The notes under the pieces were generated by a model. The model saw only the letters and a program-made list of their open reading frames with translations, was not told the DNA's origin and did not search any database. From Octopus sinensis (Eukaryota), in assembly GCF_006345805.1 (NCBI RefSeq), contig NC_042998.1:31558001-31622000 (forward strand): a stretch of 64,000 nucleotides of DNA, given 5' to 3'. Below are positions 26,691-40,680 of this stretch, in pieces. The first letter of the stretch is position 1. Each line of letters starts with the position of its first letter. The translations under genes were made by a program, and so were the position numbers.

Positions 26691-28041
26691 CATCCATCGA
26701 TCTATCTCTTCTTTTCCCTATCTCTCTAGCTGTTTATTTGCCTGCTTGTTTGTTTAATTCATGTCGCCGCCTCTTCTCCTCCGTTCACCTAGTTATCAGG
26801 CGTTCGCTCTTTCTCTCTTTTCTTCCATTCCTATCTTCAATCTGCCATTTTCATTTCATAACTATACTTCAAACTCCCTTTGTTCTTTCTAGTTCTTCCG
26901 TTCATTTTTTATCCGTTGATTTTTCATTTCTCATTCTTTCAAATCAGTAATTTTATACCCTTGAGTGATACCCAGCAATATACATATTTCATTTCAATAT
27001 AACTGAAAGAATTATATTCAACAGGTGATTCATATTGTAAGAGCCAGTTCCCAGCAGCATCGACATTGCTGTTGATGGAAACTGACATAGGACATATTTC
27101 ATAAAAGAAACAACACGGAAACCTTGCTTGAAAACTGAGTTAAGAAGAGATAAAAAGGAAAAGAAAAACAGTGATACCTGGCAACAATAGACAAATTACA
27201 TAGTGTCAAATATATACAATCGAACGAGAAAATCAATCGGAAAGGATTTTCTCCAGAGTAAATATAAATTCTCTGTCTCTCTCCACACACACACATACAC
27301 ACACACACACGCCCACACACACATTAATACATACGATACACAAAAGGACATCCGCACAAGCACTACAATATGAATAAATGATTCGATGGAGAAGTTCCTA
27401 TCTTTTAATGCGTAGGTATGTCAAAAGATTTGAGATTCTCATAAAATGAGTGGATTTGAAAATTATGCAATTAAGAACGAGGATCAATTATTTCCATTTC
27501 CGAAATCTATTTGAAGTGATGGTTTGTTGCCAGCTTAATGTGGGAGTCCCAGGAAAGGGAGGAATGCTACTGCTATTTAGCCACAGGAAACACTGTTTCC
27601 AGTTCACTATGTGACACAAACGTTTTGTGTCCTTTTTTTCGAACAGAGGAGATAAGCACATCCACCCAGCAAAGCCAGCATCCAGAGACTAGTTTCAGAG
27701 TCATTGCTCATCATCAGTCTGGAGGAGCTTGGCTTGCTAGCTGTCGATGCTTCTTCACTTTTGAAAACATAAAATTTCAAGTAAAATAAATTCACTGATC
27801 TATTTAGTTATACAGGAAAGGGTTCTGGATGTCAAGGAACCCTAAGTTAGTAAAATCAACCCCGAACGATCATTAGGTATCGTTATGAAAAACATGGAAG
27901 AAATAGTACTAACAATAGGCGTGTATTTTTATTTTTATACACAGACACGCGCACACACGCGTTGTTGTTTTTTGTGGTTTTTCTTCGTTTTCTTTTTGAG
28001 GGGATTTACTATAGATAGATATACATATACATATATATTAA

Positions 28042-28150
<109 letters not shown>

Positions 28151-29149
28151 CGTGTGTGCGTGCGTTATGTGTGGTGTACAGAAATTTAATATTGAGAAAA
28201 GTCGTCAGAATTTTGGAAAAAAAAAATCTTTTTATTTCTTCATTATTATTGACAAGTTCGAAAAACGACGAGAGAGAAAGAGAGTGAAAAGAGAGAAAGA
28301 GATAGAGAGAAGGAGAAAGGGGGGAGAGAGAGAGAATCTGGTACCCATATATATATATGTATATAGATTTATATATATATTTATGCAGACAATTTTCCAG
28401 CTTTATATATATATATATATATATACAATCATACATAATATGATTATACGAAGGAGAAACTTGGGAATATATTGCAAATACTTGCAATTGAAATGTCGTA
28501 GTTGTAGTTGAAATCGATGTCACGAAATTTGGAACAATTTTTATTATCATAACGTGTAATTAATTATGATACGTCGTGTATATTACATTAATTAGCCAAT
28601 AGGGAAGCCATTTTCGCACATTTGTTTCAATTAGATATTGATTTGCTTCTTAATAGTAATAAGACACTCACGAAAGTATTGATGATCATAACTTACGATA
28701 TCTTATACGTCATAATTATAAAGTAATATGCATTTCTAATTAGATATTATAATTTATTTCTGTCAGTTTGATGATCGTAATTTTGTTCCAGTTTTTAAAC
28801 TAAATTCTCTGCGCAACAGTAATAATTATGATTTATGTCACAGAATATTTGAAACGAATTTATGTCACAGAATTAGAAACGAATACCAATATTCTTAAAA
28901 GATATGTTTACGTATGATTTTTTTGTGATTTAATTTTAAACCTTGAATATATTTATCATTTTCGTTTAAATATCCTGAATTGTAGATGTGACCATCTTGA
29001 TTTTTTATTTTTAAGCCAATGAACAGATGATAGACTTCCAATGAAAGCTGACGTTCAAAGTGTTTACTACGAAGGGGTAAAAGCGAAAAGCAATGCTTTT
29101 TACTACTATTTCAGATATTTCCTTCTATTTATGAAAGAATATAATATTG

Positions 29150-29255
29150 GTTTGAAAATCTAGCACAAGGCCAGCAATTTCAAGGGATGGATTAAGTCGA
29201 TTACATCGACCCCAGTATTTGATTGGTACTTATTTTATTGACCCCTGAAAGGATC
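29150..29255 (-). mobile_element. SINE family A 3' fragment
   Basis: GCACAAGGCCAGCAATTTC..GTCGATTACATCGACCCCAGT..GGTACTTATTTTATTGACCCC. Confidence 0.6.
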
Positions 29256-31428
29256 GAGCCGGGCAGTTTGAAACAATTCGAAATGCAATAAGAAAACATT
29301 TACTTCTGTCGGCAAAAGTGAAATAACATCAACTATGTCGTAATATGATATTCATGGGAATAGAATTTCAATTATAGGAATTTAAAATATTACAATTTAG
29401 TATTAATTCTCTTAACCTTCTTAAAATATGGAAACAGTATTTTTCCGATATAGTGTTGCAATCAAACCTAAGTTACAATTTGCTGCGCACATAAATTCAT
29501 CGGTAATTTTATTCTCACGAAATTATGGAATTGTACAAGGAGAGTGCAAATTAGGCTAAATTCTTCGATCATTTTAAAATTGCTGCCAGATATTTAAGTG
29601 ACTTTCTCAGAGTTTACTTTGTTGTAAGGATTCGGGCCAAATCTCTGGCATGAAGGTAGCTTCCGCAAGTTATTTTACCGATCTACGGAGCTTTGAAAAT
29701 CCCTACTGTCTAAGCCACTAAAACAACACAGAAAAAAAAAAAAAAAATTTGGTTGCAACTGCTTGCAATTTTTCCAATTTAGATTCGGAAGGGTTCCCTA
29801 AATTTATGCAATGTGTCTCTGTTCCACTGAACAAGTGAGTTGTATGTGTATGGTTGCGTGTGAACTAGCAAATATTTTTAATGTTTGAATTCGAAAAGAT
29901 ATATATGAATAAAGGAACGTAATATATTTCGCATGCTGTTCAGTTGAAATGGAATAACAGATTAGTGAATTGAGATCTGATGTTCGTATGAAGCTATAAT
30001 GAATATATTGATATTTTCGTATCCTTTTCCATTGAACAAGAGAACCATGACAGCACGTGTTACCAATCTATGCTGTAAAGATATATCTACTCGTGCACCA
30101 CTATTATAAGTATGGGAAAGGTCTCTATACCCAATTTAATCCCAATTTAATTTCCTATCCTTTTGTGTGTAAGAACAATAGCAAAAATATATCCGCTTCC
30201 TTTTTTTTGAGGTGCCTATGGTACATGTAAACTCTCTGCAAATTTATTTTTTGAACAGTTGTCTGTTTACAGACTTTTCACTTCAATTTTATCATTATTT
30301 TGAAGAAATACTTTACCTGTGTAAAAATCGATATTTATAGCGACTTGTAATTAAATTACAGACGTTTTATTTTCTTTTTAATTTCAAAATATTTGCAACA
30401 AATGATAAAATAGCCGGCAATATGAATGCACTATTTATGAGTTCTCCATATCTTGAAATACTTAAATTAAAGGTAATAATTTTCCAGACATTTCCTAATT
30501 AGAAAGAATTCAAAATGGAGAAATATAGCTATCCAATTCATTTCGCTTTCAATAGAAACACTCAGTCAGAAGTGAGATATTTAGTTGTAATTTAACTTCG
30601 TCTATTAGCTATTGTCACACAAAGTACAAGCATTTATTAAACCCAATAATCAAACAATTGCTATCTCTACAATCTTTTTGTTCATTTTTTTGTTTTCTCT
30701 GTTTATTGTTTTTTCCTAGTCTTCTTCTAATTTACATTAGATGTTCCCCATACAAAACATTCCATTACTTCCTAAAATATGTCATATTGATTACTCTTTT
30801 GCTCTTTATTATTTTCTCCTCATTTCGTTCTCCATGCTCCAAAATATTTCTTCCTCTCTGTCTTCCTCTCTTTTCCTCCTCAATGAAATGACTGAAACAT
30901 TATCTCATTTAGAAATAAATAAAGAAAGAAACTGAAATGCGAAGGGAAGAGATAGTGTAATATCAATATATTTAAAATACAACGGAGTTGGAAGGGAACA
31001 TTTACCACTTTCGTAGTTGCCAACTAAAATGGATAGAAATCTAACACTAATCGTGCCACGTGGTTGAGAATGGAGACCCCTATAGAAAACGATAATATTG
31101 ATCGATCTGGGATGGTAAAAGGTGTTAATTCTTGTAACAAGATCTGTCATTCAGTTGCAAGCTTTCTTCATTGGAATTAACGATCGTTTCGAGTGAAGAA
31201 AATGTGATGAAAACGAAAAAGAACTCTTGCTATATCCAATTCTTGCTTAACTAACAAGAAATCCATTGAGGGAATATAATAAGCTGATTCGCAAATGAAA
31301 TAATTTAATGGTTTCCCAGAGTAGTTACCCATGTGGCATGTCTTGAATAATTTCTACTGTCATACATACACGCACGCATGCACATAAACACACACAAACG
31401 CACAAAAATATATACGTGTATATATATA

Positions 31429-31459
<31 letters not shown>

Positions 31460-31470
31460 CGTATATATAT

Positions 31471-31523
<53 letters not shown>

Positions 31524-31597
31524 GAAATATTAAAATTACTAAGTCTCTCTAAAAGAGATTACGGCAGCGTTACTGGAAATTAATTGTTATCGCCATA

Positions 31598-31651
<54 letters not shown>

Positions 31652-32344
31652 CTATATATATATGTGAGCGTGTGTGTGTATATATATGTGTGCGTGTGTA
31701 TGTGTGTGTGCGTGTGTATATGTGTGTAAGTATGTATGTACGCTTGCATGTCTGTCTGTAGGTATGTTCGCGTGCGTGTGTCTCATCGGGTAAATAAATG
31801 TAGAGATTATCTCTGTATATGTTTATATATATATATATATATTATGTATGTATGTATGTATGTATGTATGTATGTATGTATGTATGTATGTATGTATGTA
31901 TGTATGTGTGTGTGTGTGTGTGTATGTGTGTGGGCACGTGAGCTGCCCGCGCGCCCGAGCGTATTGTGTGTATGCATATATTTTTATATATACACGCATC
32001 TTTTATCGTTTACTTGCTTCAGTAATTAAACTACCGTAATGTAGGGGTTTAGTCGAGCAAAATCAACTCCGGCACTTTACCATTTTTTATTTAAACAGTC
32101 GGACACTGTTTCAATCGGGTTAATTTGCTGAACTGCTTAGTTATGAGGACGCAAACAACCCAACAATGGTTATCAAGTGGTATGTGACAACAAACACAAA
32201 AACAAAGAAACACACAGACACACGAGCACGTGCGCGCATGCACAGGAGCATTTCTTCGTGTTTCCGGCGAACGCATTCATGTACTTAACTGGCAATCTTT
32301 AGTTCCTTTTCACGTCCTATGTTGTCTTGTTTAAAATCATACAC

Positions 32345-32751
32345 TTTTACTCTTTACTCTTTTACTTGTTTCAGTCAGTTGACTGCGGCCATGCTGGAGC
32401 ACCGCCTTTAGTCGAGCAAATCGACCCCATGACTTATTCTTTTAAGTCTAGTACTTATTCTATCGGTCTGTTTTGTCGAACCGCTAAGTTACGGGGACGT
32501 AAACACACCAGCATCGGTTGTCAAGTGATGTTGGGGGGACAAACATAGACACACAAACACACAAATATATATACATATACATATATACGACGGGCTTCTT
32601 TCAGTTTCCATCTACCAAATCCACTCACAAGGTTTTGGTCGGCCCAAGGCTATAGTAGAAGGCACTTGCCCAAGGTGCCATGCAGTGGGACTGAACCCGG
32701 AACTATGTGGTTGGTGAGAAAGCTACTTACCACACAGCCACTCATGCGCCC
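32345..32751 (-). mobile_element. tRNA-derived CORE-type SINE (family B)
   Basis: Minus-strand head GGCGCATGAGTGGCTGTGTGGTAAG..GGTTCAGTCCC (A/B-box-like) followed by CACCTTGGGCAAGT (CORE-like); recurs at 36210, 41250, 43660, 45515. Confidence 0.85.
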
Positions 32752-34265
32752 ATACCTCGATATCTATTTCCTGTCTGCTGCATCACGCCATCTGGTGACA
32801 ATTACACTCCTCTCTATGCCTCCACTGATAGAATCATGCCAACCTAAAGTACGCTCTTTGAAATTCGCCCCAAGATGAAACTCATATTGTGTTTAGTATG
32901 GAATGGAAAAACTTTTAGCCGGCGAGTACAATACAAAAGGAAAGAATGTCGATGTATTTTTAATCTTTCCTAATCCTTTCAGATCGCCATCTTGTCTTTC
33001 ACATTTTGTGTCATTATTTTGAGGTAACGGAATATCTATTCATATCACCTGGCCAAATGCGTCAGTTTTCCACGATTCTTCAGAACACTTGGACGTCATG
33101 CATGTTGGATGAAAAGAGAATTATATTTCAGAAAAGAATTAAATTTCAAGAAAAAAAAGTCTTAGTTACCAGGTATTTATTAACTGGGGTTTCTATTGAT
33201 CGGAGCAATGTGTAATTTTCAGAGGGGATTAAACTATATAAATAACGTTTTAAAATAAAAAAAAAAATTGCAGCAATTATCTTTTTCAAAAAGGACATTT
33301 TAAATTAAAAAATATTTTCATCTGCTCTTTGGTGCTTGTTTAGCATTAAATTCATTTACACACGCGCATAGACGCACATGCGAGCGTGACTTCTGTTCCA
33401 TTGAGAAACGCCACATCATTGAAACTAATCCATTCTAGCTATAAACTAAGGATTATAACTAATTTCCATTCTATATTTAAGTAGTTGATGATTATTGATC
33501 CACCGGGGTTATACGACGAAGGGAGCGCACGTTCGCTATAAGTGAGTCAACGATGTGATCAACCATGTATCAAAAAAAAGAAAGAAAACAAAAACAAAAA
33601 TAGCTGCATTGTTACACAGAACCTCATTCAACTGCCCATGAATGGCATTAACTACTCAACAGATAATAAAAGGAGCCTGATCCATTTTAAATGAGTATTT
33701 CTGTTAATTTACGTTGGATGTGTACATTTGTCACAGGACACATCCATTGGCAAGAATCAAATCTTTAGATATCACGAATTAATTTTGTTTACCAGCACGC
33801 TCTTATCCATATATATGCACACATGTACACTCAGTGTTGTGTGGAAGCCCCCAGACGATAAAGTAGACTAGCCCAATACGTAGAGGGAAAAATCTAGACG
33901 TCGTGTAAGAGGAACACAGTTGAGTAGTAGTCGGAGAACAGAGAACAGTTGAGTAATAGCGGTGAGTAGAGTTGAGTAGTAAAGGCATCCGAATGTGCGA
34001 CATAACACACAGACACACAAATTTCATACACACACACACATACATATATTTATAAAAAAGAAGTTTGAAAATCCCACTATATAAGATAAATTTTAATTTT
34101 CTGAGAGATTTTACATGTTTCGGTTCTTCTTGAAAAAGCGAACCTTATCAAAAATATTTTTAAAAGTTAAGTAATAAAAAAGTTCATAATTGTTTCTTAC
34201 TAGTCTCAACAGAGTCCACGTGGTGGTGTTTTGTGGGGGAGCATAATGGCTGTCTTGCGCGTTGA

Positions 34266-34361
<96 letters not shown>

Positions 34362-34373
34362 TATATATATACA

Positions 34374-34415
<42 letters not shown>

Positions 34416-34444
34416 TGTATATATACATATATATATACATATGT

Positions 34445-34590
34445 TTTTTGTCAACCCAGGTTCGAAATTTCCCCCAAGATACCTGATGAAGGCTGGAGGG
34501 TATATCAGTCGAAACCTATTCTTACCAACAAACAAGATGAGGACAAATGTCTCTCAAATATAAATAATGTAAATAATGTAAATAATATGC
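34445..34590 (+). mobile_element. Penelope-derived repeat with a degenerate hammerhead motif
   Basis: CTGATGA-A-GGCTG(GAGGGTATAT)CAGTC-GAAAC at ~34483-34515; stems I and III are degenerate; ends in (AAATAATGT)n. Confidence 0.5.
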
Positions 34591-34739
34591 ACACAATGTT
34601 GATTCGTTGAAGAGTTTGAGCTCACGTACAGCACACGCATTTAATCACTATAAACAAATCATTTGCGCAGAGTATTTTAGTGTATATAATTAAGATTTAC
34701 ATATGGATATGCATAGAAGATCTTCAAGAATAAAAAAAA

Positions 34740-35100
34740 AAATCACGCAGACATCATCAATAAGAGTGACTTAAGACCGGATATTGTATTCACTTTCATA
34801 AAAAGAACTGACTTTGATTGCAATTCTGTGACATATTAAAGAAGACTGGATGAATCCCGCGTCTACAAGACTGAAACATATGACGGTTTAGCCATGAAAC
34901 TTAGAGAATCTGAATTCAAAACCAAAGTCCTCACCATATAGGTCGGTGCCAGAGGGTTTACGGTTATATTTACATTTGGTTTCATGAAAGGCTTTGAATT
35001 ACTGAGAGAAAGAGGACGATAGCTCTTAAGGCAATGGCAGAAGCAACTGAAAAAAGTTCCAATTCACTCTGGTCAAGAACAGAAGTGAATTTTAAAAAGC
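34740..35100 (+). mobile_element. Decayed RLE-domain LINE fragment (HERO/NeSL-like)
   Basis: Manual translation: LRPDIVF...RLDESRVYKTETYDGLAMKLRESEFKTKVLTI*VGARGF, matching the PD-(D/E)xK RLE and 'VEVGxRGF' motifs. Confidence 0.6.
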
Positions 35101-36209
35101 ATAATTTATCCTAGAGTCAACAGGCGTTTCAAACTGAATTTGTTACTACACCCTTGTGACTGACCCGGGTGTACCTTGACCATCCAGGTGAGTAGCAATG
35201 ACTGTTGCAACATAAGGTGATCCGGGAGTCATGACCTACAAGTGGTCCCGTCCCACTAGGGTGTAAGAAGTTAAGAGCCGAGACACTTGCAGAAGCAGGA
35301 GAATTCTCTAAAGATCTTCTGCTGTTCACGTCTCCATGTTTTTTCTTGCTACCTAAAATTGATACCCGAGGAAGTAATTGAAGAAAATGAAAACATCAAT
35401 TAACAAAACGCAAAGATTAGGAGCGGTAATTTGTTTTCAGTGTATCAGAAAACATCCATTCTCTCTTTCACAACATGAGATTATCTTAATCTTTCTGTGT
35501 CACTGGGGCTAATAAAATGTATTTATGTTTTTATATTTTCTCCCCAAATATCAAACCAACTTCAATTTCGGTATCGAAATATCTAAGTAAATATCAACGT
35601 AAAGTATATTCTTTTTTAATTACTTTGAACCTGCATTCAGCCCAGACACCAAACACAGAGGGATACATCTAATATAAACATTAAACATGCATCACATATC
35701 ACATCTTTCAAAAAATAATTAGTCAGAGTCAGAGATTGAGAAGGAAAATAAACCGTCTGAATAAATATTTATTTTATTCCGATCTCAGGTATCATTTGTT
35801 GACTGTCCTATCTTCATTTTGAATCGCATAATCTTTTTAATACCTTCTTATTTGCCATGTTTCCTGATAACATAAACAAATCGCAATCCTAAATTACTGT
35901 TTAAATTTCCCTGGCTCAGTCAAGTACACGACAACACTGACAACCATGACAACGAAAACTCCTCCACCTCCTCTTCCTCCTCCTCCTCCTCCTCCTACTA
36001 CTACTACTACTACCCCCATACATACTTGCACAAACCACACTACCACTACTCTCCCACTACCCTCCCACTGCCACTACCTCTACCACTGACCCCACACCAA
36101 CAGCAACGACGCTACCACCATCACCATCATCACCACTACTAGCATCATCATACTAATGATTATAACCATATACAAGAGACATATACACTGAAGTCTCACA
36201 TGCTATACA

Positions 36210-36442
36210 GAGTCAAGCGATGTTCGGGGTGGGGGACAAACACAGACACACAAACATATACACACACATGCATATACGACGGGCTTCTTTTAGTTTCCGT
36301 CTGCCAAATCCACTCACAAAGCTTTGGTCGGCCCGATGCTATATTAGAAGACACTTGCTCAAGGTGCCACGTAGTGGGACTGAACCTGGAACCATATGTG
36401 GTTCGTAAGCAAGCTACTCACCACACAGTACTTACTACGCCT
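36210..36442 (-). mobile_element. SINE family B, partial
   Basis: Same sequence blocks as 32520-32751. Confidence 0.8.
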
Positions 36443-36446
36443 ATAT

Positions 36447-36477
<31 letters not shown>

Positions 36478-36609
36478 TATATATATATTTACACAAGTAA
36501 GGTGAAAAGAAACAGTACTCGAATACCGAAGGTAGAGTAATGTTCTTTTTTATTTAAGCTGTAATGGCAGTGTTTTGTGATGTTTTTGCAGGTTTAATAA
36601 AAAACGTGC

Positions 36610-36655
<46 letters not shown>

Positions 36656-37093
36656 TATATAAAATATTATTAGAGACAAGTTTAACTTTTTATTGTTTTA
36701 ATATATATATAGCGAGAGAGAGAGAGAAAGAGAGAGAAAGAGATAGATAGATAGATATATAAAAAGAGAGATGATAACAAAAATTTATTATGTATATGTA
36801 TATATATATATATAGACAAATATACACGAGAGACAAATATACACGAGGCGTCTGTATAGATGCCTACGGGATATCTGACTTAAAATTTATCGCTGGTTGC
36901 GATAAATTTCTATTGAATTTTTTGCTACCCTAAATTGACTAATTGATAATTTTCTGAATAATTCTGAGATTGAATCGGCAGTTTATATTTACTGTTGATA
37001 AGTTTGGCGCGAATACGTCAGTCTTGAAAATTTTAAGTCAGATATCCCGTAGGCATCTATACAGACGCCTCGTGTATATTTGTCTCTCCCAGG

Positions 37094-37195
37094 TCTTTTA
37101 CTGATGAAGTGTAACCTATGGTAGATTGGCTTAATTTAATTTAATTAAGCTAATTTAATCATTAATGACACAGAAACGTTGCAACGTCTAAAAGA
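37094..37195 (+). ncRNA. Type I hammerhead ribozyme motif, copy 1
   Basis: Stem I TCTTTTA/TAAAAGA; CTGATGA; long stem II (GTGT..ACAC with an inner AU-rich hairpin); GAAA; stem III CGT-TGCA-ACG; predicted GUC cleavage after 37188. Confidence 0.75.
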
Positions 37196-37566
37196 AGAAT
37201 TAGGGTAAATGTTTTTAAATTTTCACCTAATTTCTGAATTGCTAATGCTTGGCGGTGTGAGTTATGGCTGCTCTTTCTGGTGGACGAGTGACCTGTTGGG
37301 GTCACTCCTAAATCGTTATATTTATATATTTAGTCGATGACTATTTTCTCTTTTTCACCAGGCCGCTGGTTGCGATAAATTTCTATTGAATTTTTTGCTA
37401 CCCTAAATTGACTAATTGATAATTTTCTGAATAATTCTGAGATTGAATCGGCAGTTTATATTTACTGTTGATAAGTTTGGCGCGAATACGTCAGTCTTGA
37501 AAATTTTAAGTCAGATATCCCGTAGGCATCTATACAGACGCCTCGTGTATATTTGTCTCTCCCAGG

Positions 37567-37667
37567 TCTTTTACTGATGAAGTGTAACCTATGGTAGATT
37601 GGCTTAATTAATTTAATTAAGCTAATTTAATCATTAATGACACAGAAACGTTGCAACGTCTAAAAGA
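37567..37667 (+). ncRNA. Type I hammerhead ribozyme motif, copy 2
   Basis: As copy 1; predicted cleavage after 37660. Confidence 0.75.
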
Positions 37668-38038
37668 AGAATTAGGGTAAATGTTTTTAAATTTTCACCT
37701 AATTTCTGAATTGCTAATGCTTGGCGGTGTGAGTTATGGCTGCTCTTTCTGGTGGACGAGTGACCTGTTGGGGTCACTCCTAAATCGTTATATTTATATA
37801 TTTAGTCGATGACTATTTTCTCTTTTTCACCAGGCCGCTGGTTGCGATAAATTTCTATTGAATTTTTTGCTACCCTAAATTGACTAATTGATAATTTTCT
37901 GAATAATTCTGAGATTGAATCGGCAGTTTATATTTACTGTTGATAAGTTTGGCGCGAATACGTCAGTCTTGAAAATTTTAAGTCAGATATCCCGTAGGCA
38001 TCTATACAGACGCCTCGTGTATATTTGTCTCTCCCAGG

Positions 38039-38140
38039 TCTTTTACTGATGAAGTGTAACCTATGGTAGATTGGCTTAATTTAATTTAATTAAGCTAATT
38101 TAATCATTAATGACACAGAAACGTTGCAACGTCTAAAAGA
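38039..38140 (+). ncRNA. Type I hammerhead ribozyme motif, copy 3
   Basis: As copy 1; predicted cleavage after 38133. Confidence 0.75.
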
Positions 38141-38260
38141 AGAATTAGGGTAAATGTTTTTAAATTTTCACCTAATTTCTGAATTGCTAATGCTTGGCGG
38201 TGTGAGTTATGGCTGCTCTTTCTGGTGGACGAGTGACCTGTTGGGGTCACTCCTAAATCG

Positions 38261-38345
<85 letters not shown>

Positions 38346-40114
38346 GAGGGAGCGAGAGAGATAAATAAATATATGTATATATACATATATATAAATATAT
38401 ATAGCGATATATAGATAAATATATATATATATGTGTGTGTGTGTGTGTCATGTATATAAGCTTTTATTTCCTTCTCCATAGAAAAGTCAATATAATCGAA
38501 CGTTTTTCACCTACGCAACATGTATGTACCAGCCTCTAAAATATGCCCTCATAAGACACACAAATGCAGACACGCAAACGTAGGCAGCTACAATCAACCA
38601 CATACCAAGTAAATTAGAATGTTCTAAATAAGATTCCCAGTGTTCGAACATCTGTTGCGTGTAATGCAAAGCATTTAACTTCAATAATTTTTTATACAAT
38701 TTCTAGAACGAACATGACACTTAAATATAAGTTGCGTCGTTTTCAGCAACAAGAACGAAGCATCTGTCATATATTGAAAGAACCATACATAGGAAGGGAA
38801 TGATATTTTTTCATGAAATTTTAGGCTCTTATATTTTCATGTTAATCTCCGTTGATACAAATATTGAGAAGAAATAAATTTCGAAAACATGGATATGGAT
38901 TGTGAAGAAATCTATTTATTTGTCCTTTGGCTTGTTAAAATATAACTAAGCCAATGTTAGCATCATTATTTTTATACAAAACGCATTGTGTGCAGTTTTA
39001 TAAACCAACGTTGTCGTTTAAAAAAACCCTCTAATTATTGTTCAGTCAGAACTTACTATGCAACTCTTAAATTTCAATGAAATAAATTAAATGCAGAAAT
39101 AAATTTTAAATGAGAAAACAGGACATGTATGAACCTTGTGCAGCATTTATGCAGCGTATAAATGCAAATAATGTAATGTTCGGAAGCCAGAGAAGCTGAA
39201 CATTCATTTATACATTGAATGAGAAAATAATCAGCAATTTGAAAAGCTAGCTATTGGAAATACAGTGATAGCATACATATATACTCATGTTACTTGTATA
39301 TGTAAATAGATACATACATATATATAAATATAAATATATGCATATGTGTATGTGTGTGAGTACTAATCAATCATTTGCCAAGCAAAATGTTGAAGGGATA
39401 TTTCTTGATTTTTTTGAACATCTGTCGCTTGTCGCGTATGTAACTATAATACATTTACTAAAATTCATCGGTGAATGAAACACTTAAATAAAAATTGTCT
39501 CATTGTCAAGAATTGCAATGCAACATCTGTCAAATATTCCGTTTTAACTCCGAGCAAATTCTGTTCTTTGTGTAACGATATTTTCATTATAAACTCAGGT
39601 TAGCTTTTCATAAGCGTTGTATTCTTGTATATTATTTCTGATGATAAGATAGTAAGTTACATATTTGAAAAAAAATCTAAATCAGGAATTTGGAGATATC
39701 CGTCCGATTGTTCCTATTACTAAATCAAATATAATCCAAACAATTTATACCATTGTCATACAGTCTATAAAAGGCACTGGCCAACAGTTTTAGAGGCTGT
39801 GGCCCTTAGAGAACCGATATTCAAAAATCTCATTATTGAAATGGTCAATATAATAATACTTCGTGTTACGGAGTAAGTGAGAATATGAATTTTCCCGGGA
39901 AAATATAAATGATACGTAAGGAAAGTCGATGTGAGAAGTTTTGTAAATAATTGTTAACTGTTTGAATAATATGAAGTTTGATATTGTATTATTTAGCGGT
40001 CTATAGAAAGCATTTTGCATTCTTGGATTTATACGAGTATAACAAATTCTGCATATGTTAAACGTAAATATCAAATACCTAAATTCGGTGTGTTTAAACC
40101 ATAATTAAATATGT

Positions 40115-40248
40115 TATTTCTTTATTACCCACCAGGGGCTACGAAGAATGGCGGACATAACAAAACATGGGGGACATAGAACAATATGATTAAATTTATG
40201 AGCAAATGAAAATGAAAAAATGATAATATGAAAGCGATGCTAACGGCC
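40115..40248 (-). mobile_element. 5'-truncated 3' end of the ORF1-only element family, with a 16-bp TSD
   Basis: Reverse complement aligns to 57022-57150 (GGGGCCGTTAGCATC..GTGGGTAATAAAGAA); CCATAATTAAATATGT occurs at 40099-40114 and 40249-40264. Confidence 0.85.
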
Positions 40249-40680
40249 CCATAATTAAATATGTGTAAATGTGTTTGGAGAGTTTTATCAAAAGCTTTTC
40301 AGTAGATGCGAATTAAGCTATTGTTGAATGCGACGATTCCAAAGTAATTTTTGTTTGTTAAAAATGTATTATTTCGTGAAAACAAATTTCAATAAATTTT
40401 ATAATAATATCTGAAACCATGGTAGCAATGTTTTAAGAATATCAGTTATATTTAATGTTAAAATAAAATGTGTAACTTTGTTATGCAAATTCTTTCTATT
40501 TTAATTTGTACATATATCAATAAATTCGGAGCAAACTTTACTAGATTTAGCTTGTAAACACTACAGAAAAATTTAAATATCATTCACTTTCTTTTTCTCA
40601 TGCATAACCTGCTCTCTTCTATTTATGACTTTGATATTTTATCAAGTTCGTTTTAATGAAGTCTCAGGAATAGTGATTCC

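Larger units (their letters stand above)
36813..38263 (+). repeat. ~472-bp near-identical tandem repeat (about 3 units) preceded by an inverted partial unit; retrozyme/Penelope pLTR-like
   Basis: Unit starts CGCTGGTTGCGATAAATTTC at 36891, 37364 and 37836; 36813-36888 is the reverse complement of 37028-37088 with a short internal duplication. Confidence 0.92.

Noticed and set aside
27530-27790. Possible promoter or first exon of the receptor
   Set aside because: Only compositional hints; no diagnostic motif.
36891-38263. CRISPR-like or coding interpretation of the tandem repeat
   Set aside because: Eukaryotic context, no unique spacers and no sustained ORF.
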